Assembly: GCA_964372275.1 (NCBI GenBank)
Contig: CAYJRR010000040.1
Span: 1-34,927, forward strand
DNA: 34,927 nt
Reading direction: 5' to 3'
Source of the DNA: an uncultured bacterium
GTDB taxonomy: Bacteria; CAYJRR01
Made by a program: the position numbers and the translations under genes. The notes beneath the pieces are model-generated. The model was not told where the DNA came from. It did no database searches and saw only the letters and a program-made list of their open reading frames with translations. Of the stretch, positions 16,668 to 25,893 are shown one piece after another. Within the stretch, counting starts at the first letter, position 1, and each line of letters begins with the position of its first letter.

Positions 16668-17813
16668 ATGGCCATTGAAATCACCAGCACCGTCAGCAAC
16701 TTGCTGAAAAGCGGCGGCCTGCTCCGCGAGGCAACCGCGAGCGGCAACGTGCGGGTGTTGATGTCGCTTCTGGGGCCCGCCTATCGTGGATTCGTCCGGC
16801 GGCGTGGCAGGGGCGAGGACTTCACCGACATCGCCTCGGGCGGCTCCGCCAACTTCGACTGGCGCTACCGGCGCGAGTTTCCGGAGATGGCGCGGCTCTA
16901 CGAAGCGGCCAAGCGCTCCCAGTGGAACTCGACGACCGACCTGAACTGGTCGCGCACCGTCGATCCGTTCGGACGGCTGCGATTGATCCCCGACAAGTTC
17001 CTCCCGACGTCGGGCATGCGCTGTTGGCGGCGGCTGCGGCGCCGCGAGCGCGCCGTGCAGCGCCACGCGATGCTGTCGTGGCTATTGAGCCAGTTCCTCC
17101 ACGGCGAGCAGGGGGCGCTGTTCGCCGCCGCGCAGGTGACCGAAGGGGTGCCGTCGCTCGACGCGAAGCTGTTCGGCAGCACGCAGGTGGTCGACGAGGG
17201 GCGGCATGTCGAGGTGTTCCACGCCTACCTCACCCAGAAGCTCGAGCGGCTCTACGAGATCAACGACAACCTCTACGTCATCGTCGACGCGGTGATGAGC
17301 GACGCGCGCTTCGACATGAAGTTCCTCGGGATGCAGATCATGATCGAGGGGCTGGCGCTCGGCGCCTTCGGGATGCTGCGCCAGGTGACGGCGGAGCCGC
17401 TCCTCAAGGACCTCCTCCGCTTCGTCATCACCGACGAGGCGCGGCACGTCCACTACGGCGTGCTGATGCTGAAGGAGTTCTACGAGCAGACGACCGACCG
17501 GGAGCGGCGCGAGCGCGAGGACTGGGCTTTCGAGCTGACGCTGCTGATGCGCAACCGCTTCCTCGCCCACGAGATCTACGAGGAGTTCTACGAGCACGAG
17601 ATCTCCCGCGCCGAATGGGACCGCCGGATGGAGGAGTCGGGCCTGATGGCGCTGTTCCGCCGCACCATGTTCAAGCGGATCGTCCCCAACCTGAAGCGCA
17701 TCGGCCTGCTCACCGACCGGGTGCGGCCGCGCTACGAGCAGCTGGGCCTGCTCCAGTACGAGCACGAGAAGGCCGCCCCCGACGTCACCGCCGAAGAGCT
17801 GATGGCCGGCTGA
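16668..17813 (+). CDS. Ferritin-like diiron protein (AurF-like)
   Basis: LYEAAKRSQW, QFLHGEQGA, DEGRH, IEGLA and DEARH. GGAGGG RBS upstream of the ATG. Confidence 0.85.
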   Translation: MAIEITSTVSNLLKSGGLLREATASGNVRVLMSLLGPAYRGFVRRRGRGEDFTDIASGGSANFDWRYRREFPEMARLYEAAKRSQWNSTTDLNWSRTVDPFGRLRLIPDKFLPTSGMRCWRRLRRRERAVQRHAMLSWLLSQFLHGEQGALFAAAQVTEGVPSLDAKLFGSTQVVDEGRHVEVFHAYLTQKLERLYEINDNLYVIVDAVMSDARFDMKFLGMQIMIEGLALGAFGMLRQVTAEPLLKDLLRFVITDEARHVHYGVLMLKEFYEQTTDRERREREDWAFELTLLMRNRFLAHEIYEEFYEHEISRAEWDRRMEESGLMALFRRTMFKRIVPNLKRIGLLTDRVRPRYEQLGLLQYEHEKAAPDVTAEELMAG

Positions 17814-17897
17814 TTGCGCCGCCGGCGCCGACCGCGGTATGACGGGCCGTCGCATCGGCCTGGGTCCCGCGCCCAGGCCCCCCTTCGGAGGCCCCGC

Positions 17898-18854
17898 ATG
17901 ACCGCATCCCGACGCGTTCTCCCGGCACTCGCCGCGCTCGTCCCCCTCGCCGCCGCCACCGGCGCCTCCGCCAAGGAGGAGAAGCGCTCGCCGAAGAAGG
18001 TGATCGCCGTCTCCAACTTCGAGGTGACGGCGCAGAAGTACGACGAGTCGGGCGGCTGGTACAACCGCGAGAAGCTGGGCGATGGCATGCGTTCGATGCT
18101 GGTCGAGGCGCTGCAGAAGACCGGCAAGTTCATCGTCGTCGAGCGCGGCGAGGGGCTGAAGGACATCAAGGAAGAACAGGCGCTGAAGAAGGCGGGCGAT
18201 TCGCGCGGCGCCGGCGCCGAAGGGGGCGCGCTGATGGCGGCGCAGGCCCTCTTCCGCGGGGAGATCACCGACTTCACGCCGGAGCAGCAGGGCGGGAAGT
18301 TCTCCACCGGGAACCTGGGCCCCTTGAGCGGCCTGTCGGTCGGGACCAAGAACGCCAGCGTCGGAGTTCTGGTCCGCTGGTTCGACACCACCTCGGGCGA
18401 GGTGATCGACAGCTGGCAGGCGAGCGAGAAGCAGTCGAGCGTCGGCTTCGCCGTGCAGGGCTACCACAAGATCCCGTTCGGGACCGAGGCCTATACCAAG
18501 ACGCCGATCGGCAAGGCGACGAACGCGGTGATCTCAAAGGTCGTCGACAAGATCGTCGCCGCCATGGCCAAGGTCCCGTTCCAGTGCAAGGTGATCAAGG
18601 CGACGGGGAGCGAGGTCTTCCTCAACGTCGGCTCCGATTCGGGGGTCGGCGTGGGGGACAAATACGAGCTCTACGGCATGGGGGAGGCACTGATCGATCC
18701 CGACACCGGCGCGAACCTCGGCGCCGACAAGACCAGGATCGGCGTGATCACCGTGACCAAGGTGCAGCCCAAGTTCTCGATCGCCACCTTCGAGGGTTCG
18801 CCTTCCGGCACCGCCAAGGCCGGCGACGTCGCACAGGCCCTCGGCGGCACGTGA
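17898..18854 (+). CDS. CsgG/HfaB family secreted protein with FlgT-like C-terminal domain
   Basis: Signal peptide, IAVSNFE, LQKTGKFIVVER...IKEEQAL, GEITDF and C-terminal VFLNVG...LIDPDTGANLG. GGAGG RBS. Confidence 0.85.
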   Translation: MTASRRVLPALAALVPLAAATGASAKEEKRSPKKVIAVSNFEVTAQKYDESGGWYNREKLGDGMRSMLVEALQKTGKFIVVERGEGLKDIKEEQALKKAGDSRGAGAEGGALMAAQALFRGEITDFTPEQQGGKFSTGNLGPLSGLSVGTKNASVGVLVRWFDTTSGEVIDSWQASEKQSSVGFAVQGYHKIPFGTEAYTKTPIGKATNAVISKVVDKIVAAMAKVPFQCKVIKATGSEVFLNVGSDSGVGVGDKYELYGMGEALIDPDTGANLGADKTRIGVITVTKVQPKFSIATFEGSPSGTAKAGDVAQALGGT

Positions 18855-18859
18855 GGAAC

Positions 18860-18893
18860 GCGCGGGCGCGGAGGTCGCCCCCCGCGCCCGCGC
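18860..18893. terminator. GC-rich hairpin between convergent genes
   Basis: 12-bp perfect stem GCGCGGGCGCGG / CCGCGCCCGCGC with a 10-nt loop and no U tract. Confidence 0.6.
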
Positions 18894-18925
18894 CGTTCGC
18901 CGTCGCGTAGGACGGCGCGTCTCGG

Positions 18926-20227
18926 TCAGCCGTTGAGGTTCACGTTGAGCAGCACCCGGACGGTCGCCTCGACCTGGGCCTGGGCGAGCGTTCCCAGCGT
19001 GACGTTGCCGGTGATCGAGGCCTCGATGGCGAGCACGAAGTCGCCGTAGGCGTCGACGATCGCCTCGACGTTCTCGCCCGCCGAGGTGAGGGCGCTCTCC
19101 AGCGTCCCCTGCGCGGTGGCGATCCCGCTCTGCACCTGGTCGACCGCGCCGCTGGCCCCGCTGCGCACCGATTCGAGCTGCGTCTTCAGCTCCGCCTGCA
19201 CATAGGCGTTGTAGCTGGCCCACGCCGACTCGATCTGCGACTGCACGCCGGCCGAAGCCTCGATCGAGGCCTCGAGCTGCGCGCGCGCCGACTCGAGCCC
19301 GTCGAGCACCGTCTGCGTGGCGCCGAGCGCGGCCATGCTCGCCTCGTTCGCGCGCCCGATCAGCTCCGCCTTCTCCGACTCCAGGCGCAGGCGGATCGAC
19401 TCGAGGATCTGCGAGGAGAACGAGACCGACGCGTTCACGAAGGCGCTCGCCTCGGCCTGGATCGACTGCGAGTACTGGCCGAGGGTGATCCCCGCCTCCT
19501 CGTAGCCCTCGATCACCGCTTCGAAATAGAGCTCGATCGCAGCCTCGACCTCGGCCTGGGTATCGGCGGTGTCCAGCGCCTCGTCGAGCTCGCCCTGGGC
19601 CTCCGCTTCGGCGGCGAGCGCGGCGTCGTAGGCCGAACGGACGATGCCGGACCCGGTGTAGAGGAGCATCTGGCCGCGCGCCCGCATCCCGGCGACGACC
19701 GACCGGGCCAGCGTCGAGACGTTGGTCGAGTAACTGGCGCCGGCGCGGACCGACGCGGCGACGGTGGCGTCGATGCGCGAGCGCAGGCCGCTGGTGGTGC
19801 AGTCCGAGTTCCAGCTCCCCTCGGCGCGGGCCTCGACGTAGACGTCCCCTTCGACGGTCGTCTCGTCGTTCATCGGCGGCGCCGTCACCCGGCCTCCGTC
19901 ACGAAGGCGCCCGGAGACGATCGCCTTCGCTTCGACGTTCCCCTCGGCCGTCACCAGCACGTCGGAGATCGACGATCCTTCGAAGCGGACCGTCAGCTCG
20001 TAGCGTCCCGAGGCGTCGGTCGTGACCTCGTCCGAGATCGCGCGTAGCGAGCCGTCCGCCTCCACCTGGAAGGCGGCGACGACCGCGCCGGAGACCGGCG
20101 CGAAGGCGCTGCCGTCGGTGACCTGACCCGAGATCGTTCCGCTCCCCTCCCCGGATCCGGACTCGCCGCCGCAACCGACGACCGCGGCCATTCCGAGGAG
20201 CCCCAGCGACCAACGAAGGTTCTTCAT
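18926..20227 (-). CDS. Lipoprotein with carboxypeptidase-regulatory-like beta domain and long acidic Ala-rich helical region
   Basis: Lipobox VVGC, TISGQVTD...PVSGAVV...TTDASGRYEL. GGAGGAA RBS. Confidence 0.8.
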   Translation of the reverse strand: MKNLRWSLGLLGMAAVVGCGGESGSGEGSGTISGQVTDGSAFAPVSGAVVAAFQVEADGSLRAISDEVTTDASGRYELTVRFEGSSISDVLVTAEGNVEAKAIVSGRLRDGGRVTAPPMNDETTVEGDVYVEARAEGSWNSDCTTSGLRSRIDATVAASVRAGASYSTNVSTLARSVVAGMRARGQMLLYTGSGIVRSAYDAALAAEAEAQGELDEALDTADTQAEVEAAIELYFEAVIEGYEEAGITLGQYSQSIQAEASAFVNASVSFSSQILESIRLRLESEKAELIGRANEASMAALGATQTVLDGLESARAQLEASIEASAGVQSQIESAWASYNAYVQAELKTQLESVRSGASGAVDQVQSGIATAQGTLESALTSAGENVEAIVDAYGDFVLAIEASITGNVTLGTLAQAQVEATVRVLLNVNLNG

Positions 20228-20387
20228 GTGCGTTCCTCCCGTCGAAGCGAACGCAGCAACCGGAGTGCCGGAGTCTCCGGGTCCCGGCCGATCGCGCGGT
20301 TCGGAGCCACCGCGTGCGCCGGCTCACGCGGCGAACCGGGACATCGGCGTCAGGGATGGCTGAAAGCGCGCTCCCGCCCGCCGGGAG

Positions 20388-21017
20388 CTACCGCCGTCCG
20401 ACCATCGGGATCTTGAAACCGACCGAGACGAGGACGCGGAAATCGTCGCCGGCGAACGAGCTCTCCACCTCTTCGTCTTCGAAGGACCCGGAGAGTTATC
20501 GGATCCGCTCGTAGCGGAGGTCGTCCCCGAGGAACACCATCCGCCAGGCGGCGACTCGAGCGCCGGCGCCCACCACGATGGCGACGCCGTTCATCGTCTC
20601 GCCGTTCACGCCGACGAACCGCGCGAGCGGGGAGAAGGCGATCATCGCGGTCGGCTCGACGACCGGCGGCCGGAAACGCGAGCGGGATCCGATCGCCATC
20701 GGGAAGAAGCGCGCGGCGAGGGCGGTGGTCGTCACGCTGCCGAGGCCGTTCTCCAGCTCGACCCGGCCGCTCGCCAGGTCGAGTTCCATCGCCAACAGCG
20801 GCGTCAGGCGGAAGCCCATGAATCCGCCGCCGGTGACGCCGCCGGTGAGGCGGTCCTCGTAGTCGGCGCCGAGCGGATTGTGATAGCCGACCTGCCCGCC
20901 GGCATAGGGCCCGGTCACCTGGTCGACGCGTCGGTACTGCGCCGCGGCGGGCGATGCCATCGCGAGCACGAGAAGCGCAGAGACGAGCGCACACCGGACT
21001 CCGTTCGCGAATCCCAC
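20388..21017 (-). pseudogene. Small outer-membrane beta-barrel-like gene with an in-frame TAA at 20496-20498
   Basis: Signal peptide, GPYAGGQVG and GFRLTPLLAME. The frame continues past TAA as LSGSFEDEEVESSFAGDDFRVLVSVGFKIPMVGRR* and is followed by a hairpin at 20370-20388. Confidence 0.65.
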
Positions 21018-21380
21018 GACGACCCGAACGATAACCGCCCTCGGCGGAGACTGTCATCTTCGCGGGGATCGTCGCGACAAGACGTCACGAGACGAGTCGT
21101 CGCGATCTCGAGAGATTGAACCGCGGCTCCGTTCGCCGGCGTGTCGAGGTGGCGCGAGCGGCGGCGTGACGTCGGTCTCACGCGGTGCCCAATCGTGTCG
21201 CGGAATGGGCACGAAGCGGTCCAATTTTCGTCGCACCACCGCCTTTTCACGCGGCGAAACCCCTCGAATTTCCATGGAGTGGCGCCCTGGCCCGGTCCCT
21301 GCTCAACCCACGGTGCCGTCCGATCACCGGCGGCCAACCCCGAAACGCGTTTTCGCGCGGGGCGTCAGGAAGGAGGGCCG

Positions 21381-22283
21381 ATGAGCCGCAACCGGATGGG
21401 GATCGCGATCGTTCCCCTGCTGATCTTCTCCCACGCCGCTTCCGCCCGCACGCTGGGCGATTCGGAGCCCGCGGTCGTTGAGGGCGCTTCGTTCGAGCCC
21501 TCCGCCGTCGCCGCGCCCGACACCACCATGGTCATCACCGCCCCTCCGACGCTGCCGCGGCGCGCCCGCGTCGCCGACCCCTGGTTCACCCGGGGCAGCG
21601 TCACGATGGCCGGCGGTCTCACGGCCTGGGACGCCGTGATGCCGGTTCCCGGGATGGCGGAGAAGGTGAACGCCTCCGCCCCGACCGGCGGATTCGACGT
21701 CGACCTCTACGGCCGGCAGATCGCCTTCCACCTTTCGTTCGCCGGGCTCGCTTCGAACCAGGCGTCGGCGCCCGTCGAAGGGATCGACAACGCCTCGCTG
21801 ACCAGCGGCGAGGTCCGCGCGAACCTCTCCGCCGCGCTCTGGAACTCGCACGGCGTCTTCGTCGGCGCGGGGCCCGGGATCGAAGGGCGCATCACCACGA
21901 TCGGAACGCTGGAGACGGGGGACGAGGCGTTCTCCAGCTGGCAGACGGTCGTCGCGGGGGCCGACGTGCGGATGCGCGTCTTCCTGGGGCCGCGGCTGTT
22001 CCTCACCGGGACGGTCTTCTACGGCCTGATGCCGTTGCAGGGGAGCTGGCAGACGGTCAACGCCGCCCCGCCGTCCGGCGACCAGAGCGATTGGCTCCAG
22101 GAGGGCTCGATCACCAAGTCGGCCGTCCTTTCGACCTCGATCGGCGCTTCGCTCCGGCCGGCCGAGTGGATCGCTCTTCACGGCGGCGTGGCGATCCGGT
22201 CGGCGACCCACGAGCTCGACGTCGGCGAGACCGGCAAGGAGAGCGGCCTCCGACCCTTCCTCGGGCTCGAGCTTCTGTACTAG
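21381..22283 (+). CDS. Secreted protein, probable outer-membrane beta-barrel
   Basis: AGGAGG RBS, signal peptide ending ASA, alternating amphipathic strands and C-terminal RPFLGLELLY. Confidence 0.7.
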   Translation: MSRNRMGIAIVPLLIFSHAASARTLGDSEPAVVEGASFEPSAVAAPDTTMVITAPPTLPRRARVADPWFTRGSVTMAGGLTAWDAVMPVPGMAEKVNASAPTGGFDVDLYGRQIAFHLSFAGLASNQASAPVEGIDNASLTSGEVRANLSAALWNSHGVFVGAGPGIEGRITTIGTLETGDEAFSSWQTVVAGADVRMRVFLGPRLFLTGTVFYGLMPLQGSWQTVNAAPPSGDQSDWLQEGSITKSAVLSTSIGASLRPAEWIALHGGVAIRSATHELDVGETGKESGLRPFLGLELLY

Positions 22284-22334
22284 CGCCCGCGCGGTCTGCC
22301 CCTCGCCCGGGCCAATCGTGGTAGATTCCCGGCC

Positions 22335-23135
22335 GTGGCGGCGCGGCCCGGCGAAGAGTTCTACTGCATCGATACGCTGACGCTCGAACCGAACGAGCTC
22401 GTCAATGCGCTGAAGGCCCTCCTCGAGGGACGTCTCGCGCTCTACGTTTCGGTCGGCCGCGACGCCGGCGGCAAGGCGCATGGGTTCCGCTTTTCGCAGA
22501 CCTCGAAGATGTCCCCGTTGCACACGCTCGAACCGGGGGACGAGGAGATCTTCCTGCCGATGATGGCCACCCGCTTCCAGAAGTCGGTGGCCCGCGTCCG
22601 CTACGACGTCGCCGCCACCGAAGGGGTGCTGCACATCTCCGATCCCAAGGGGGAGCTGACGGCGACGACCTACAAACTGGAGCCGCTGCCGCCGTTCCCC
22701 GGACGGCTGTTCGAGCGGCCGCTCACCTGGGGGGACCCGGTGTGGCTGGGCTCGGGCCCGCCGGCGGGACGCCCCGAGCGGCCTCCGCCGAACACGCCCG
22801 GATACGACCTCCCGCTGGAGGCGGGCAGCCACATCGGCGGCTTCGCTTCGTGGCAGGGTGCGTCGCTCGACGCGCTGCGCACCGAGATCGATCGCGCCGC
22901 CACCGGCGAGCTGACGCTCAAGGCCGCGGACGGCGTCGAGGCGCGCTTCTGGATGGAGCAGGGGCAGGTGGTCGGCTTCGCCTTCGATCCGATGCGGGGC
23001 CAGCCCGCCGAGAAGCAGTGGGAGGCGGTCGCCGCGGAGCCGTTCGCCCAGCGCCGTTTCCGCATCGACGTGCCGCGGCCGGAGCACATCGCCGCCCTCA
23101 AGAACTTCAACGCCAAGATCTTGCCGAAGAAATGA
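22335..23135 (+). CDS. Hypothetical protein with a DUF4388/PATAN-like C-terminal segment
   Basis: Good codon bias. LDALRTEIDRAATGELTLKAADGVEARFWMEQGQVVG resembles the PATAN pattern. The stop overlaps the next ATG. Confidence 0.7.
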   Translation: MAARPGEEFYCIDTLTLEPNELVNALKALLEGRLALYVSVGRDAGGKAHGFRFSQTSKMSPLHTLEPGDEEIFLPMMATRFQKSVARVRYDVAATEGVLHISDPKGELTATTYKLEPLPPFPGRLFERPLTWGDPVWLGSGPPAGRPERPPPNTPGYDLPLEAGSHIGGFASWQGASLDALRTEIDRAATGELTLKAADGVEARFWMEQGQVVGFAFDPMRGQPAEKQWEAVAAEPFAQRRFRIDVPRPEHIAALKNFNAKILPKK

Positions 23136-23842
23136 GGGGGATCGTCCTCGCCGGCGGCACCGGGTCGCGCCTCTTCCCTCTGACCAAGGTAACGAACAAG
23201 CACCTCCTCCCGGTGGGCAGGGTGCCGATGATCTTCCACCCGGTGCGGAAGCTGACCGAGGCGGGGATCCGCGAGATCCTGATCGTCACCGGGACCGAGC
23301 ACATCGGCGACGTCGTCGGACTGCTCGGCTCGGGACGCGAGTTCGGGTGCGAGTTCACCTACCGGGTGCAGGACGAGGCCGGAGGGATCGCGCAGGCGCT
23401 GGGGCTGGCGCGGCAGTTCGCCGGGGACGGGCCGGTCTGCGTCATCCTCGGCGACAACATCTTCCAGGACTCGATCGCCGGGGCGGTGCGCGACTTCGCC
23501 GCGGGTGGGATCGGCGCGCGCCTGTTCCTCAAGGAGGTTCCCGACCCGTCGCGCTTCGGCGTGGCGACGGTGAAGGACGGCCGGATCGTGAAGATCGTCG
23601 AGAAGCCGACACGGCCCGAGTCGTCGTTGGCGGTGACGGGGATCTATCTCTACGACCGCCACGTCTTCGAGCTGTTGCCCCGCCTCCAGCCGTCGGCGCG
23701 CGGGGAGCTGGAGATCACCGACGTCAACAACGCCTACGTGGAGCGCGGGACGATGGGGTTCACGATGCTCGACGGATGGTGGAGCGATGCCGGGACGTTC
23801 GAGAGCCTCGACCACGCCAACCGCCTGACCCGCGAAACGTGA
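23132..23842 (+). CDS. Glucose-1-phosphate thymidylyltransferase, short form (RmlA/SpsI-like)
   Basis: MRGIVLAGGTGSRLFPLT...NKHLLPV, GIAQAL, LGDNIF, PSARGELEITD and WSDAGT. Confidence 0.92.
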   Translation: MRGIVLAGGTGSRLFPLTKVTNKHLLPVGRVPMIFHPVRKLTEAGIREILIVTGTEHIGDVVGLLGSGREFGCEFTYRVQDEAGGIAQALGLARQFAGDGPVCVILGDNIFQDSIAGAVRDFAAGGIGARLFLKEVPDPSRFGVATVKDGRIVKIVEKPTRPESSLAVTGIYLYDRHVFELLPRLQPSARGELEITDVNNAYVERGTMGFTMLDGWWSDAGTFESLDHANRLTRET

Positions 23843-24885
23843 AACTCCTGGTCACCGGCAGCTACGGCTTCATCGGCAGCAACTTCGTGCACGAGGCGCT
23901 CGCGGCCCGGGCCGGCTGGCGGATCGTCTCGCTCGACCTGCTGACCTATGCCGGGAACCTCGCCAACCTCGACGGCCTCGATCCGGAGCGGCATTCGTTC
24001 GTGCGTGGAGACATCGCCGAGCGCGCCCAGGTCGATGCGGCGTTCGAGCGTGGACCCTTCGACGCCGTCGTTCACTTCGCCGCCGAAAGCCACGTCGACC
24101 GCTCCATCGAGAGCGCGGACGCCTTCGTCCGCACCAACGTCCTCGGCACGCAGACGCTGGTGAACGCGGCGCGGCGGCACCGGGTCGCGCGCTTCCTCCA
24201 CGTCTCGACCGACGAGGTCTACGGCTCGCTGGGGGAGACCGGCCGTTTCTCCGAGACGACGCCGCTCGATCCGACCTCCCCCTACGCCGCCTCGAAGACC
24301 GCGTCCGACCTGTTGGTGCTGGCGGCGGTGAAGACGCACAAGCTCCCGGCGATCGTGACCCGCTGCTCCAACAACTACGGACCGCGGCAGTTCCCCGAGA
24401 AGGCGATCCCGCTGTTCGTGACCAACGCCTTGCAGGACCGCCCGCTCCCCGTCTACGGCGACGGGAGAAACGTGCGGGAGTGGCTGCACGTGCGCGACCA
24501 TTGCCGCGCGCTGCTCGCGATCCTGGAGCGCGGCGGCGACGGCGAGGTCTACAACATCGGCAGCGGCCACGAGATGCCGAACATCGACTTGGCCCGGCTC
24601 ATCCTCCGCACGCTGCGCAAGCCGGACTCCCTGATCTCGTTCGTAACCGATCGGCTGGCGCACGACCGGCGCTACGCCATCGACGCGACCAAGCTGCGCA
24701 CGCGCCTGGGGTGGACCCCGGAAGTGCCCTTCGAGCGGGGGATCGTGGAGACGATCGAGTGGTACCGCTCCAACGAAACCTGGTGGCGCGACATCCAGAC
24801 AGGCGCCTACCTCGAACGCCACCGCCTCGCCGCGGCAGGAGGGGACGGAGGGGTCCCCCGAGGCGCGCGAAGCGCGGACCGCTGA
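23839..24885 (+). CDS. rfbB: dTDP-glucose 4,6-dehydratase
   Basis: GFIGSNFV, LTYAGNL, HFAAESHVDRSI, STDEVYG, SPYAASK, RCSNNYGP and HDRRYA. Confidence 0.95.
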   Translation: MKLLVTGSYGFIGSNFVHEALAARAGWRIVSLDLLTYAGNLANLDGLDPERHSFVRGDIAERAQVDAAFERGPFDAVVHFAAESHVDRSIESADAFVRTNVLGTQTLVNAARRHRVARFLHVSTDEVYGSLGETGRFSETTPLDPTSPYAASKTASDLLVLAAVKTHKLPAIVTRCSNNYGPRQFPEKAIPLFVTNALQDRPLPVYGDGRNVREWLHVRDHCRALLAILERGGDGEVYNIGSGHEMPNIDLARLILRTLRKPDSLISFVTDRLAHDRRYAIDATKLRTRLGWTPEVPFERGIVETIEWYRSNETWWRDIQTGAYLERHRLAAAGGDGGVPRGARSADR

Positions 24886-25719
24886 CTAGAGCGCGACGAA
24901 GTCGCGGACCGCGTCGGCGCGAGGGCGCAGGCGCAGACCGATGGACTCGAGTCGCTCCGAGGCGAGGGCGGTCGACCGCGGCCGTGCGGCGACGAGCGAC
25001 AGCGATCCGGCCGCGACCGGGACGAGGGTGGCGCGGTGGCGGCCCACCGCCTCCAGGATCTCCCGGGCCTGGTCGAACCGCGATACCGGTCCGGGGTTCG
25101 CCACGTGGAAGACGCCGGTCGCGCCGGCCTCCAGCAGCGCGCGGAGGGCGCGCGCCAGGTCGAGGGTGAAGGTCGGCGTGCCGAACCAGTCGCGGACCGC
25201 CCTCACCTCGCCGCCGTCGCGCGCGGCGGCCAGGACCGCGTTGGCGAAGTTGCGTCCGTGGCGGGTGAACAGCCACGACGATCGGACGACCATCGCCTTG
25301 GGGGCGACCTGCAAGGCGTTTCGCTCGCCGGCGAGCTTGCTCCGACCGTAGACCTGCAGGGGGCGGGTCGCGTCGCTCTCGACGTAGGGGCCCTCCTTCC
25401 GCCCGTCGAAGACGTAGTCGGTGGAGATCTGGGCGAGGAGGACGTTCCGCTCCCGGCAGGCGGTGGCGAGATGGCGGACGCCGTCGGCGTTCACGGCGTG
25501 GGCCCGGTCGGGATCGCGCTCGCAGCCGTCGACGTCGGCGAAGGCGGCGGCGTTGACCACGGCGTCGGCGCGCGCCCGGTCGAGGGCACGGCGCAGCGCG
25601 TCGGGTACGAGGAGGTCGACCTCCCCGTGCGGTGGGGCGGCGACCTCGTGCCGCTCGGCGAGGACCGGCTGGAGGTCCCGCCCCAGTCCGCCGCTGCCAC
25701 CCAGGAGAAGGATCCGCAT
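24886..25719 (-). CDS. rfbD: dTDP-4-dehydrorhamnose reductase
   Basis: VNAAAFADVDGCE, ISTDYVFDG, YGRSKLAGE, RSSWLF and GTPTFTLDLA. Confidence 0.92.
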   Translation of the reverse strand: MRILLLGGSGGLGRDLQPVLAERHEVAAPPHGEVDLLVPDALRRALDRARADAVVNAAAFADVDGCERDPDRAHAVNADGVRHLATACRERNVLLAQISTDYVFDGRKEGPYVESDATRPLQVYGRSKLAGERNALQVAPKAMVVRSSWLFTRHGRNFANAVLAAARDGGEVRAVRDWFGTPTFTLDLARALRALLEAGATGVFHVANPGPVSRFDQAREILEAVGRHRATLVPVAAGSLSLVAARPRSTALASERLESIGLRLRPRADAVRDFVAL

Positions 25720-25835
25720 CGTCTCGCCCGTCGGGCTGTTCGGGGCCTCTCCGAACCCCTGCGGCGAACTAGAACACAACCGATTCGCCGCTCCAACGGC
25801 GTGCCCCGCCCGGCGGCATTCGTTTCGCGCCCCCC

Positions 25836-25866
25836 TTGACAATCGGTGCCGCGCGGATATTTCCCT
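25836..25866 (+). promoter_or_regulatory. Possible sigma70-type promoter for the ABC operon
   Basis: Perfect TTGACA at 25836-25841, followed 16 nt later by an AT-rich TATTTC (weak -10). Confidence 0.35.
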
Positions 25867-25893
25867 TGGCTTCGCAACCGCGGCCGGAACGCG

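Noticed and set aside
17898-18854. Curli secretion system
   Set aside because: Only a CsgG-family domain is present, with no csgA/B/E/F-like neighbours.
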